Origin: a virus
Virus record (IMG/VR): IMGVR_UViG_3300010389_000003
Coordinates: 39,984-103,983 of that record
Length of the DNA: 64,000 bases
Strand: one strand, 5' to 3'
Both the position numbers and the translations under genes were made by a program. Positions 48,801 through 56,895 of the stretch are shown here, one piece after another. The notes under the pieces were generated by a model, which made no database searches, was not told the origin of the DNA, and saw only the letters and a list, made by a program, of their open reading frames with translations. How positions within the stretch are numbered: the stretch's first letter is position 1; each line of letters starts with the position of its first letter.

Positions 48801-48879
48801 CGGTTAAACTCCTTGGTTGATTTGTTACTATTATACACACACATATGATGTAAATCAAAGTAAGATAAAGGAGCTACCT

Positions 48880-49032
48880 ATGAAGAGCAAAAAGTCCTCG
48901 AACAAAGGCAAGATGCCCACCATGTGGACAAAGGGTAATACTACCAAGATGTCTGCCAATACCAATAACGTAACGCAAGGGGATAACCCTTTCGGTGCAG
49001 GTAACCATGGTGGCAACACTTCACAGAAGTGA
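48880..49032 (+). CDS. small basic low-complexity peptide (50 aa)
   Basis: AAGGAG RBS; GTTACTAT upstream; hairpin downstream. Confidence 0.65.
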   Translation: MKSKKSSNKGKMPTMWTKGNTTKMSANTNNVTQGDNPFGAGNHGGNTSQK

Positions 49033-49059
49033 ATGAATCCTAATTAGATTCCCCGCGGT

Positions 49060-49103
49060 ACAAGGGGGGAGGGGCTATCTCACGAGCCGCCTCCCCCCTT
49101 TGT
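49060..49103. terminator. GC-rich hairpin between convergent genes
   Basis: CAAGGGGGGAGG.GGCT...AGCC.CCTCCCCCCTTTG. Confidence 0.75.
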
Positions 49104-49114
49104 GCGTTCTGGGT

Positions 49115-49609
49115 TTATTCCTCTTCTTTCTCTTCTGGTTTGGGTCCCACTTCTTCCTGAATCTGCTTCATATCTGGGTAACCGTACGTTTCTGCTACTT
49201 GTTTATCTACGAACAGTACATATACACCATTACCTTCATCATCTTTGATTGAGTAAATGGCACCATTACCCCACTGGGCAAATCGGCTTGTGAGATTTTC
49301 GTTAGAACCTTCAAGACAATATATCGGCATCTCAGATCTCACCGATCTACCAATGTACGGTATTGTTGCATGGTGATTCAAAAAGACATTAGCAAGTTCT
49401 TCTACGATGGGTGTGGTTACCATAGCCGAAGACCACGGTCTCCAATTCATCTTTCTGGCATCTAGGAAAACCGTTTGAATTGCGCTGAAATTGTCAACGC
49501 CCTGTTTGGATGCTATCTTTTCTAGCCCAAAAGGTACATCTGGTGTTGTCTCCAGGTAGTTCCAGAACCAGTCAGTCTTCCCTAGGTGGCTCTTCGTATC
49601 TAAGCCCAT
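49115..49609 (-). CDS. hypothetical protein
   Basis: 164-aa ORF. Confidence 0.6.
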   Translation of the reverse strand: MGLDTKSHLGKTDWFWNYLETTPDVPFGLEKIASKQGVDNFSAIQTVFLDARKMNWRPWSSAMVTTPIVEELANVFLNHHATIPYIGRSVRSEMPIYCLEGSNENLTSRFAQWGNGAIYSIKDDEGNGVYVLFVDKQVAETYGYPDMKQIQEEVGPKPEEKEEE

Positions 49610-49781
49610 TGATAATCTTCTCCAGATATTCGGCTACTTCTTCTTTGGCATCTCTTAATGATATACCATTCTCTTGCGACTTATTGATCGCTGCAGTCAC
49701 GCAAAGGTTAAAGATATTCTCCAAGATCTGTGCGCTCACAAATTGAGATTCAGTTACTTCACTCATTGTTTCCCCATCCAT
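49572..49781 (-). CDS. hypothetical protein
   Basis: Overlapping operon arrangement. Confidence 0.5.
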   Translation of the reverse strand: MDGETMSEVTESQFVSAQILENIFNLCVTAAINKSQENGISLRDAKEEVAEYLEKIINGLRYEEPPRED

Positions 49782-50100
49782 ATTCGATTAGTCGTTCGTT
49801 CAAAGAAAGAGCATCACCCAAAGCATATATTTCAGCTCGCCATATATCATTGGTATCATGTCTGCTTGTATAGGCAAGGAATGGCCAGTCCTCATGGGAG
49901 TCATTTTCCTCGAACCATGAAGCTACATATTCAGTAGCCTGAAGCCCAACAGAGCGATTGTCGCCCCTACTTACCGGAGTCTTAACACCCGTAAGTGCCA
50001 CTAGCTTGCGTACTGCAACGTCAAAACCCAGATCAAAATCAGCAATGATTCTATCACCGGTGACTATTCTATGCAGTCTGCAAGGAAATTCTCTTGACAT
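49759..50100 (-). CDS. thermonuclease (SNase)-like protein, degenerate active site
   Basis: RIVTGDRI..DFDLGF..V.LTGVKTP..LNERLIEYGW; the usual DGDT and GR motifs are altered. Confidence 0.65.
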   Translation of the reverse strand: MSREFPCRLHRIVTGDRIIADFDLGFDVAVRKLVALTGVKTPVSRGDNRSVGLQATEYVASWFEENDSHEDWPFLAYTSRHDTNDIWRAEIYALGDALSLNERLIEYGWGNNE

Positions 50101-50161
50101 GTGTACACTCCTGAATGGCCTTATCCAGATAGTATATCACAGTCAATGATGTTGTCCACCT

Positions 50162-50581
50162 CTAAAAGGATTCGTCTTCCCCAAGTGATTCTATACCCTT
50201 GTCGATATCTTTATCTTTATATTCACCATTGGGTATGAATATGGGCTGGACTCCGCTGTCTCTCATCTGCGATATGAGTTGATTGATGCCAAGCTCCAGG
50301 TAGTTGATCCTGGCTGATGCCTGGGCTAATCTGACGGTTAGGGTATGAATATCAGCACCGTATCTTCTTCTGATCTCATTGACCTCCTGCTGGTACTGTT
50401 CAAGAAGATTGAAGATAAGTTGACGGTCTTCAGTTTTTCGTGCAAGGTTTATTGCATCTTCTGCCGCCTGCGCCTTCAAAGTATCTGTCTTCGTTTTTTG
50501 GTTCCAACTGAACCAACCAAGTATGACGGCCGATATCGTCGTCATTATAGTAGGTAGGCTTGCCGATAGATTTTCCCACAT
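50162..50581 (-). CDS. membrane-anchored coiled-coil protein (lysis accessory/holin-like)
   Basis: N-terminal transmembrane helix then heptads; GTTACTAT upstream. Confidence 0.55.
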   Translation of the reverse strand: MWENLSASLPTIMTTISAVILGWFSWNQKTKTDTLKAQAAEDAINLARKTEDRQLIFNLLEQYQQEVNEIRRRYGADIHTLTVRLAQASARINYLELGINQLISQMRDSGVQPIFIPNGEYKDKDIDKGIESLGEDESF

Positions 50582-50660
50582 CGTTGAATATGCCCCTTTG
50601 ATGGGGCTTACCCCCCTTAGAATAAGTAGATTCTATACTATAGTAACCCTCAAAGCTCGG

Positions 50661-50738
50661 CAGGTAATCATTGATTGAACATAAAAGGGGTCACATACTA
50701 TACATGCTAATTATTTAAAGCAAGTAATCATTGATTGA
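50661..50738. repeat. two 18-bp direct repeats 60 bp apart with palindromic core AATCA-T-TGATT
   Basis: CAGGTAATCATTGATTGA at 50661 and CAAGTAATCATTGATTGA at 50721. Confidence 0.85.
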
Positions 50739-50944
50739 GAGCAAAAACCCCCCCAATGATTCAATCTTCCTCTAAAGGTAGGTTCAAAGTAATGATGACA
50801 AGACCTGATTTCTCTATCGAAGAGGTTCCATCGAGTGGAACCCCCTTGTCATGACAGTAATCCAGTATCACTTCATGTAATTCCGAAATCTGATCTGGAG
50901 TTAGCTTCTTGAATGGTCTAGTCATTTATACAGCTTCCACTTCA

Positions 50945-51151
50945 TTATATGGGGTCCGTGTAGGCGTTGTCTTCGACTTCATCATATGGTGTGCATGTAG
51001 AGGTCCACAGTACACATGGATCCCCAGTTGCTTCAGCGCAGCCACACAAAATGGTGGTAGCTTAATTATATCTTTCAGTGAGTTCTTCATCTGATAGATT
51101 AGTTGCATCCACTATGATGCTGACCTGCATTAAGTTTCTTTCATCCACCAT
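50945..51151 (-). pseudogene. small gene possibly interrupted by in-frame TAA at 51062-51064
   Basis: RBS plus MVDERNLMQVSIIVDATNLSDEELTERYN*ATTILCGCAEATGDPCVLWTSTCTPYDEVEDNAYTDPI*. Confidence 0.4.
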
Positions 51152-51190
51152 TAAGTTTCCCTTTCGTGAAGAGCGAAGCTCTGTCCGGTT

Positions 51191-51721
51191 TTACTTCAGA
51201 CGTTCAAGTTTGGCTATCATGGAGTCTCTGAGGCATCCAGGACAGTGGTAGCACCGCTTGCCAAAAGAATTATGGCCATCTTCTACATAGTATTCACAGC
51301 CTACAGGCATGAGAGTTTCTTTGTGCTTGACTAGCTGATGCTTCAGTTCGGCTACCAGCGTTTCAACTTCTTCTCTGTAAGCTTTTAGTCTGCTGGCGGC
51401 GCGGCGAGTCTGATCCCATTCCGGATCTTCTTTTTGGCTGTAATAAGCACCCTGCTTCAGATCATTATGCTGGTGTTCCAGATGCCGTATCAAGTAGTCT
51501 TCAATAGTTGCATAGCCTATCTGAGCATCATATTGAATCAGTGCTTTTGCACATGTCGGAGTGGCATCTGCAATATCCCAGGCCTTGTAACAGTGGATGC
51601 ATATTGCAGTATGTGCGTCCATCATCTTTGGCGTACAAGCGGGGTTCATTTTGATCAATCTCCAATTTGTTTCATCGCTCTCAAAAAGAGTAAGTAGCTC
51701 TTCGCTACCCCTTTTGGTCAT
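51191..51721 (-). CDS. hypothetical Cys-containing protein
   Basis: 176-aa ORF. Confidence 0.6.
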   Translation of the reverse strand: MTKRGSEELLTLFESDETNWRLIKMNPACTPKMMDAHTAICIHCYKAWDIADATPTCAKALIQYDAQIGYATIEDYLIRHLEHQHNDLKQGAYYSQKEDPEWDQTRRAASRLKAYREEVETLVAELKHQLVKHKETLMPVGCEYYVEDGHNSFGKRCYHCPGCLRDSMIAKLERLK

Positions 51722-51877
51722 AGGCGACTTTGTCTATACTGAGACCCGTCTTCGCTCCGAGCAATTTAGCCACCTGCTGGCCCACAATGCAATCGCAGGC
51801 ATTACCAGCAGAGTCTCTCTTCATTGAGACACCAGTGTCTCTACACGCGAAGCATCTGATGAATTCATCTCTCATTT

Positions 51878-52075
51878 TTAACCTACCTCAATAACTTCAA
51901 TAATTTTCAATATTTCTTCGGATTCAAGAGATTCATTCACTACTTCTTGAACCTCACCCTTACTTTCACTAGTACTATTCAAAACGTCAAGAGCATCGTC
52001 TTCATTTTCTGCCGTGACATAGGCATTGTTTGCTCCGCGTTCTTCATAAACATAGCGTATCTTATAGCTTTTCAT
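51878..52075 (-). CDS. small acidic protein
   Basis: Y.I......V.AENEDDA pattern; similar to the neighbouring gene. Confidence 0.6.
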   Translation of the reverse strand: MKSYKIRYVYEERGANNAYVTAENEDDALDVLNSTSESKGEVQEVVNESLESEEILKIIEVIEVG

Positions 52076-52250
52076 CTAACTCTGTAACCTCATATGTTTT
52101 AGATGAATCATAATCTGTATCGTAGCTCCAGTCGACATCCATGTCCTGATCTGCCTTCTCTGAAGCTTCTTCTGGTGAGTTAGCTAGAACAGTACATTCG
52201 GCATAGGTGTCCATCTTGGCTTTGACTATGTAAGTCTTCATCTCTGTCAC
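52062..52250 (-). CDS. small acidic protein
   Basis: MKTYIV......VLANSPEEA pattern. Confidence 0.6.
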   Translation of the reverse strand: MTEMKTYIVKAKMDTYAECTVLANSPEEASEKADQDMDVDWSYDTDYDSSKTYEVTELDEKL

Positions 52251-52540
52251 TCTTTTGGGATTGGTTGGCGTTTCTTCTCCAACACAAACTGATTAGTGAA
52301 AGAATCTCTAGTGTATTCTACCCACGTTTCACAGGAGTTACACTTGGTGTAGAAGTTGTCTATGGCAAAAACCCTTATGGTTTCACCTGACTGAGCCTCG
52401 TACTCATATAGGGCATCGCGCTCTATATATTCCATGAAAGGGTAATTGGTGCTCTTCGTCTGGTACTCTTTGTCGAGCTGCACATTGCAATATGGGCACT
52501 GCTCATTGTCAAGAAGTTTTACATAGTCGAATAAACCCAT
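52247..52540 (-). CDS. zinc-binding hypothetical protein
   Basis: MGLFDYV..CPYC..YQTKS..CNSC. Confidence 0.7.
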   Translation of the reverse strand: MGLFDYVKLLDNEQCPYCNVQLDKEYQTKSTNYPFMEYIERDALYEYEAQSGETIRVFAIDNFYTKCNSCETWVEYTRDSFTNQFVLEKKRQPIPKE

Positions 52541-52950
52541 ATCAACCTCCTGGATGAGTAGGTCTCACACCACATTTCCCACACTTGCCAACCGAATGAA
52601 AAGCCACTATTGGATAGGTGGTACAGTCACAAGACATGTAAATGACAGGGTACTTGTCCCCGTCTATGTTGACAGTGGGAGCAGTGCTATAGGGATTATC
52701 GTCCATGTGGGTTCTCCCTTAGTGTAGACGATTAATGCTCAGGCTACAACCGGACCATATACTCTAAGGTCTCTGAGCGCTTGAAAGGTAAGCTTCGTAA
52801 ACAGAAGCGTCATCTGAAAAGCTGTTGAATCCAAAAACTTATTTATCTTCGATAGAATGCTTTCTGATATCTGTTTGATTTTTTGCATTTGTCCATTGTT
52901 AGGTAGAGAGACTAACGTCTCTGTTCATTTTTGAGAAATGATACAATACC

Positions 52951-53067
52951 CTATCTTGTGGCCGGTTCCGGAACTTTAACCGGAGGGGAAGGCTCTGTCT
53001 TTGCAGGTTCCCTTGTCGGCCTGGGAACCTGTATGGGTTGTTCAGCAGGTTTCTCTATTTCAGCCAT
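52951..53067 (-). CDS. Pro/Glu-rich peptide (38 aa)
   Basis: MAEIEKPAEQPIQVPRPTREPAKTEPSPPVKVPEPATR; overlaps the upstream stop; AAGGA RBS. Confidence 0.55.
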   Translation of the reverse strand: MAEIEKPAEQPIQVPRPTREPAKTEPSPPVKVPEPATR

Positions 53068-53776
53068 CAGAATCTTTTTCCTTTTTGAGCTGGTCTCTAT
53101 TGTATAGCCTACGCTCTTTGGAGTAGGTATCCAGAAGCCATTCCATATCCTCTGCCTCAGACGGCTCTATTACATCAGCACCATAGGCTTCTGCAAGCTC
53201 GTAGTCATAAGACTGTACAGGGTAAAGCGCCTTGATCAGTGCATACTGGGCACGGTAGCCCCTCTTATGGGGCCATACGAGTCCACCCAGCTCAACCAAT
53301 CCGGTAATGACATCGTGCACACCAGCCGTATAGAACGGCTTACGTCTCAGATCCTTGAAGGTCTTGTAAGCATAGATGCCACAACCAGGTTGAGGATGAT
53401 CAATGATCTTCTCTTCTGAATCTTGATGTTCCATTGAATCTTGATGTTCCATCCAAGACTGTTCGTGATAGTCCCATCTGACGTGATCGACAATTATGGT
53501 TTCGTCGGAAGCAGATGGTATAAGATGGTTGTCTCTTGGGTTTTTTTTCTGCGGGGTACCCATATAGCTGAAAGCTTGGGGGGACCACAGGGAAAAGCAA
53601 TCGACATATGTCAGGCATTGGGCCTTGAGAACTTTATCTTTTGGCCACGGAACTCTTGTTTTGATCTGTTTTTCGACAGGATCATATTTCCACTGACGAT
53701 AGCCTATTATCGTGGTAGGTATGTCAGGAACAAGAACTTCTTCGTCGTAGCCTATATAAAAGTTTTCATTGCTCAT
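53060..53776 (-). CDS. hypothetical protein with GYRxW / GCGIYA / GYRA motifs (possible ADP-ribosyltransferase-like fold)
   Basis: IIGYRQW..WP..AQC..GCGIYAYK..GLVELGGLV.PH.RGYRAQYA; contains an 18-bp tandem duplication. Confidence 0.6.
   Translation of the reverse strand: MSNENFYIGYDEEVLVPDIPTTIIGYRQWKYDPVEKQIKTRVPWPKDKVLKAQCLTYVDCFSLWSPQAFSYMGTPQKKNPRDNHLIPSASDETIIVDHVRWDYHEQSWMEHQDSMEHQDSEEKIIDHPQPGCGIYAYKTFKDLRRKPFYTAGVHDVITGLVELGGLVWPHKRGYRAQYALIKALYPVQSYDYELAEAYGADVIEPSEAEDMEWLLDTYSKERRLYNRDQLKKEKDSDG
53417..53452. repeat. perfect 18-bp tandem duplication (MEHQDS x2)
   Basis: TGAATCTTGATGTTCCAT occurs twice in tandem. Confidence 0.9.
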
Positions 53777-53825
53777 ACCAATCTAGTAATATATCTACGA
53801 CAATTCGTAACCTATATACCTTTGA

Positions 53826-53960
53826 TCAAGCTCTACCCTGACGATTGTATGACTTCTTGTAGTTCTTGGAACCCTTCAGCTTGGAACTACCACGCTTGGA
53901 GTGTACGCCCTTGCGAGAAGGTTTGGTGGTTCTTTCGTAACTGTTCTTTGGTTTAGCCAT
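53826..53960 (-). CDS. small highly basic peptide (44 aa)
   Basis: MAKPKNSYERTTKPSRKGVHSKRGSSKLKGSKNYKKSYNRQGRA. Confidence 0.65.
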   Translation of the reverse strand: MAKPKNSYERTTKPSRKGVHSKRGSSKLKGSKNYKKSYNRQGRA

Positions 53961-54366
53961 GATCTTCTCTTTTGTTCTCGTAAAATAATAGAGTGGTTCT
54001 ACTTTATGCCAGAGTCTTTATAGTAATACTGACATGTATCACAAGTAGGAAGATAAGAAATCCTAAAGATTTCTGGATAGAAAGCTTCTAACATCTCCCA
54101 ATTGCCATCATTGATAGCATCGACACACTTTTCCATATTGCTGGGCCAATCATTATGATGGGATCCAACGTGGGTTATGAAACCCAGTATCAACCTTTGT
54201 CTCTCTATCTTTCTCTTGGCGTCATCACCCGTCAGATTCGGTAGACTCGGATTCGATTTTGGAGATTCTAATTGCATCGTCTCGGATACGCTCTTTCACT
54301 GATTGTATGTATTCTTCTGCCAATTCCTTTTGAATAAGTTTTCTTTTCAATCTTCTCATCATGGTA

Positions 54367-54666
54367 TCATTCTCCTGCTCTGTTTATAAAAATTTGGAGT
54401 TCTACATCTCCATTCAGTTCAGTAGATTTTCTTGCAACCAATTTCCACTCCAGGCCGAGTTCATTGTAAATCAACTGGTATATTTCACCACCATAACAGG
54501 ATTCCTTTTTCGGAACCTTTCTGGTCAATCTTTTGAGCGCCGAATCAAAATCATCATCCAGGTACTCTAACTTCTTGCCTTGAGAAACCTTAGACCAGTA
54601 AATGGTCTTTGCTTCAGGAGGGGTAAAGTGATTTAGTTGAAGTTTCATTTTAGCCATTTGTTTCAA
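54367..54666 (-). CDS. hypothetical protein
   Basis: ORF directly downstream of the tmRNA. Confidence 0.55.
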   Translation of the reverse strand: MKQMAKMKLQLNHFTPPEAKTIYWSKVSQGKKLEYLDDDFDSALKRLTRKVPKKESCYGGEIYQLIYNELGLEWKLVARKSTELNGDVELQIFINRAGE

Positions 54667-54686
54667 TTGGTTTCAATAATATTAAT

Positions 54687-55144
54687 TGGTGGACGTGTCC
54701 GGTACTGCCCCGGAGTCCGCGAGAGATATAAGGAACTTGATACAACCATGCTAGTCTTTCCCAGCTGTCACGTTGAACAAGCACGGGACATACAATTGTC
54801 CTCGGAGTTCAACAATACTAGTCTTTCCTAGAAGTCACTCGCATCTAAAGAACCTAGATCCCATAAATGCTGCAGGTCTTAGCTTACCTGTATGGTGGTC
54901 ACGATTGTCAGCGTCTCACTTTTACTCAAGCTGTCTTTCCAGCGTCAAACTGTTTGGTTGATAAGGTACAGTCAAACCCCAGGGATTAAGCTACGAGAGC
55001 TTCGGCCTCAAGGAGGTCGGCCAGTTCGGCATCCCAATCAACGGTAAATTCGTCAATTAGTTTTTGTGAGTGGTTTTACTTCACTACCCATGAAGAGTTG
55101 CAAGTTTCCGAATACTACTCCCACGTCGAAACTGTTTCACGCCC
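54687..55144 (-). ncRNA. ssrA: tmRNA, 458 nt; predicted tag (A)DEFTVDWDAELADLLEAEALVA*
   Basis: 5' GGGCGTGAAACAGTTTCGAC; acceptor stem GGGCGTG/CACGTCC with G3:U; T-arm CCGG-GGCAGTA-CCGG; encoded ACCA end; tag ORF at 55054-54986. Confidence 0.93.
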
Positions 55145-55161
55145 GTGGTATTGAGTAGTCT

Positions 55162-55190
55162 ATAGTAAGACTTAGAGATTGTCTAGTCAA
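55162..55190 (-). promoter_or_regulatory. sigma70-type promoter TTGACT-17-TACTAT for the tmRNA
   Basis: Canonical spacing; 17 nt upstream of the mature 5' end. Confidence 0.65.
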
Positions 55191-55509
55191 CTTTCGGTTT
55201 TTTGGTCACACCTTTTATATTTTCTTTGAACTTCTTTTCGAAATCCTTTTCCATCTTCTCAAGAGCAGCATCAGTGAAGGTGTTCTGCATATGAGAAAGG
55301 ATGTTTTCCAAGGTGCCTGTCTTGTATCGATATACATTGTGTACGGTTTCGTTTTCTCTTACACTCGTGGTTGGAACATCAAGAGCATAGGAGTCGCCCC
55401 CCAGATGAACAATAAAGAAATGTACGGAGCCATCTATGGAAGAATCTACTGGAATGTAACTACTATCTTCATTCCAGATAATCAAGCGATACTTATCGTG
55501 CTCGGACAA
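55183..55509 (-). CDS. hypothetical protein
   Basis: 108-aa ORF. Confidence 0.6.
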   Translation of the reverse strand: MSEHDKYRLIIWNEDSSYIPVDSSIDGSVHFFIVHLGGDSYALDVPTTSVRENETVHNVYRYKTGTLENILSHMQNTFTDAALEKMEKDFEKKFKENIKGVTKKPKVD

Positions 55510-56359
55510 GAACCTTATCCTTTCCTAGGGGAAGTTCACGACGGGTGGGCTCATCAAGCTTGCCCATAAGCGCCAATGGGGCTGAAGCCCGCGTGAAAAA
55601 TCTACCCATAGCCTTACCCACCTTGTCTATGTCTACCAATAAGTCATGGTATGACTCTTGAGGCACAGGTATCAAGTCGGATGTTATTAGTCCTCTTGCG
55701 TTGGTTTTAGCGGTATCGGGAACGATATAAGCAGCTATGTTGTCATAATCGTAACGAACTTGGTACTTGGTATGAAACTTTTTCAGGTGCTCTTCATTAT
55801 ACGCCATACTCCAAAGGTTGACATTTACATAGTATGCAATTTCATATCTTTGTATGTCAATCAGCGGCTCTAACTGGTGATACTTCTTCCATCGTTTATG
55901 GGGAAAAGCAATTTCAAAATGATCTCTGAGTTCTTGTCTTCTAGTATATCTGTCATAATAATAAATAGGATTGGTGTTGGAAAACTGAGACACCAAAGGA
56001 TGACTAAAATAGTCCTTGTTTTGTAGCACAAGATGATTGTGCATTTGATAATTCACAAAACAATACATGCCTTTTTTCAGTAGAAAACGAACCAAGGTTG
56101 CATCCTTGAAGGTGTCTTCTACAGTTTGGTATCCCAAGTATTTGCAAAGATTATCCACAGCCAGAAAAGCTAACTGATTATGAGGATCATCAGAGTTTTT
56201 AATATCCAAAGATCCCACTATGTATTGAAGCGTTTCTTTTGTTCTGGTTACTTTTTTACCAGGTGCGTAGTTGTACTGAAATTCGTCAAAAGCAACTACA
56301 AGTAAATCCCTGCCATAAACATTTCTTGTAGCAGGCTTATTGATGTGTGTGTTTTTCAT
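55493..56359 (-). CDS. hypothetical protein
   Basis: 288-aa AT-rich ORF. Confidence 0.65.
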   Translation of the reverse strand: MKNTHINKPATRNVYGRDLLVVAFDEFQYNYAPGKKVTRTKETLQYIVGSLDIKNSDDPHNQLAFLAVDNLCKYLGYQTVEDTFKDATLVRFLLKKGMYCFVNYQMHNHLVLQNKDYFSHPLVSQFSNTNPIYYYDRYTRRQELRDHFEIAFPHKRWKKYHQLEPLIDIQRYEIAYYVNVNLWSMAYNEEHLKKFHTKYQVRYDYDNIAAYIVPDTAKTNARGLITSDLIPVPQESYHDLLVDIDKVGKAMGRFFTRASAPLALMGKLDEPTRRELPLGKDKVLVRAR

Positions 56360-56895
56360 TTATGCTGGTCCACTGGATAGTAGTCTTCGAGTTGTTCATT
56401 TACTTCATCAATATGAAAAGGTCTAAATTCTGGATGGCAGTCAATACCCACGTCCATTTGTGCAGGGTTGCTCCAAGCTGGATCGAGCAGACCATGACAA
56501 TGGCCATGCAGCTGTTTAACCCCTCTATGGGCACCATCCCAAGTGAGCATAGGGTAATGACACAGAAAGTATTTATGGGGTCCTACAGATATAATGCGCA
56601 TCTCTTTTATTGATGACCACCCGGGCAGCTTGCAAAGCCAATTGGGGTCATGATTCCCGCGAATCAGATGTTTGCTCCCGGGAAGAGCGTTGAAACATTT
56701 AGTGATTGTTTCCCTATCAAAAGACAGAGAGAAGTCTCCTATGATCCATACGTTGTCTCTTTTATTGACTACACTTCTGTAGTTCTCTATGATAGTCGAA
56801 TTCATTTCGTCAATATCTTTTCCGGGACGATTCGGATGGAATTCACGTATCTTGTGATGACAAAAATGAAGATCAGCTGTAATCCAGGTTTCCAT
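56356..56895 (-). CDS. calcineurin-like metallophosphoesterase
   Basis: ADLHFCH, IGDF, GNHD, CHYP, HGHCH, DVGID motifs. Confidence 0.88.
   Translation of the reverse strand: METWITADLHFCHHKIREFHPNRPGKDIDEMNSTIIENYRSVVNKRDNVWIIGDFSLSFDRETITKCFNALPGSKHLIRGNHDPNWLCKLPGWSSIKEMRIISVGPHKYFLCHYPMLTWDGAHRGVKQLHGHCHGLLDPAWSNPAQMDVGIDCHPEFRPFHIDEVNEQLEDYYPVDQHK

Noticed and set aside
50661-50738. CRISPR mini-array
   Set aside because: Only two 18-bp copies, shorter than CRISPR repeats, and no cas operon; the Cas4-like genes are ordinary phage nucleases.
52960-53032. Plus-strand ncRNA from hairpins CCGGTT/AACCGG and CAGGTTCCC/GGGAACCTG after TGATACAAT
   Set aside because: The same bases encode a coupled Pro-rich peptide on the minus strand whose VP/EP codons generate such inverted repeats. 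An RNA role is not excluded but is unsupported.
54687-54720. tRNA-Ala gene
   Set aside because: The T-arm and CCA belong to the tmRNA; there is no anticodon arm and the 5' acceptor strand is about 450 nt away.
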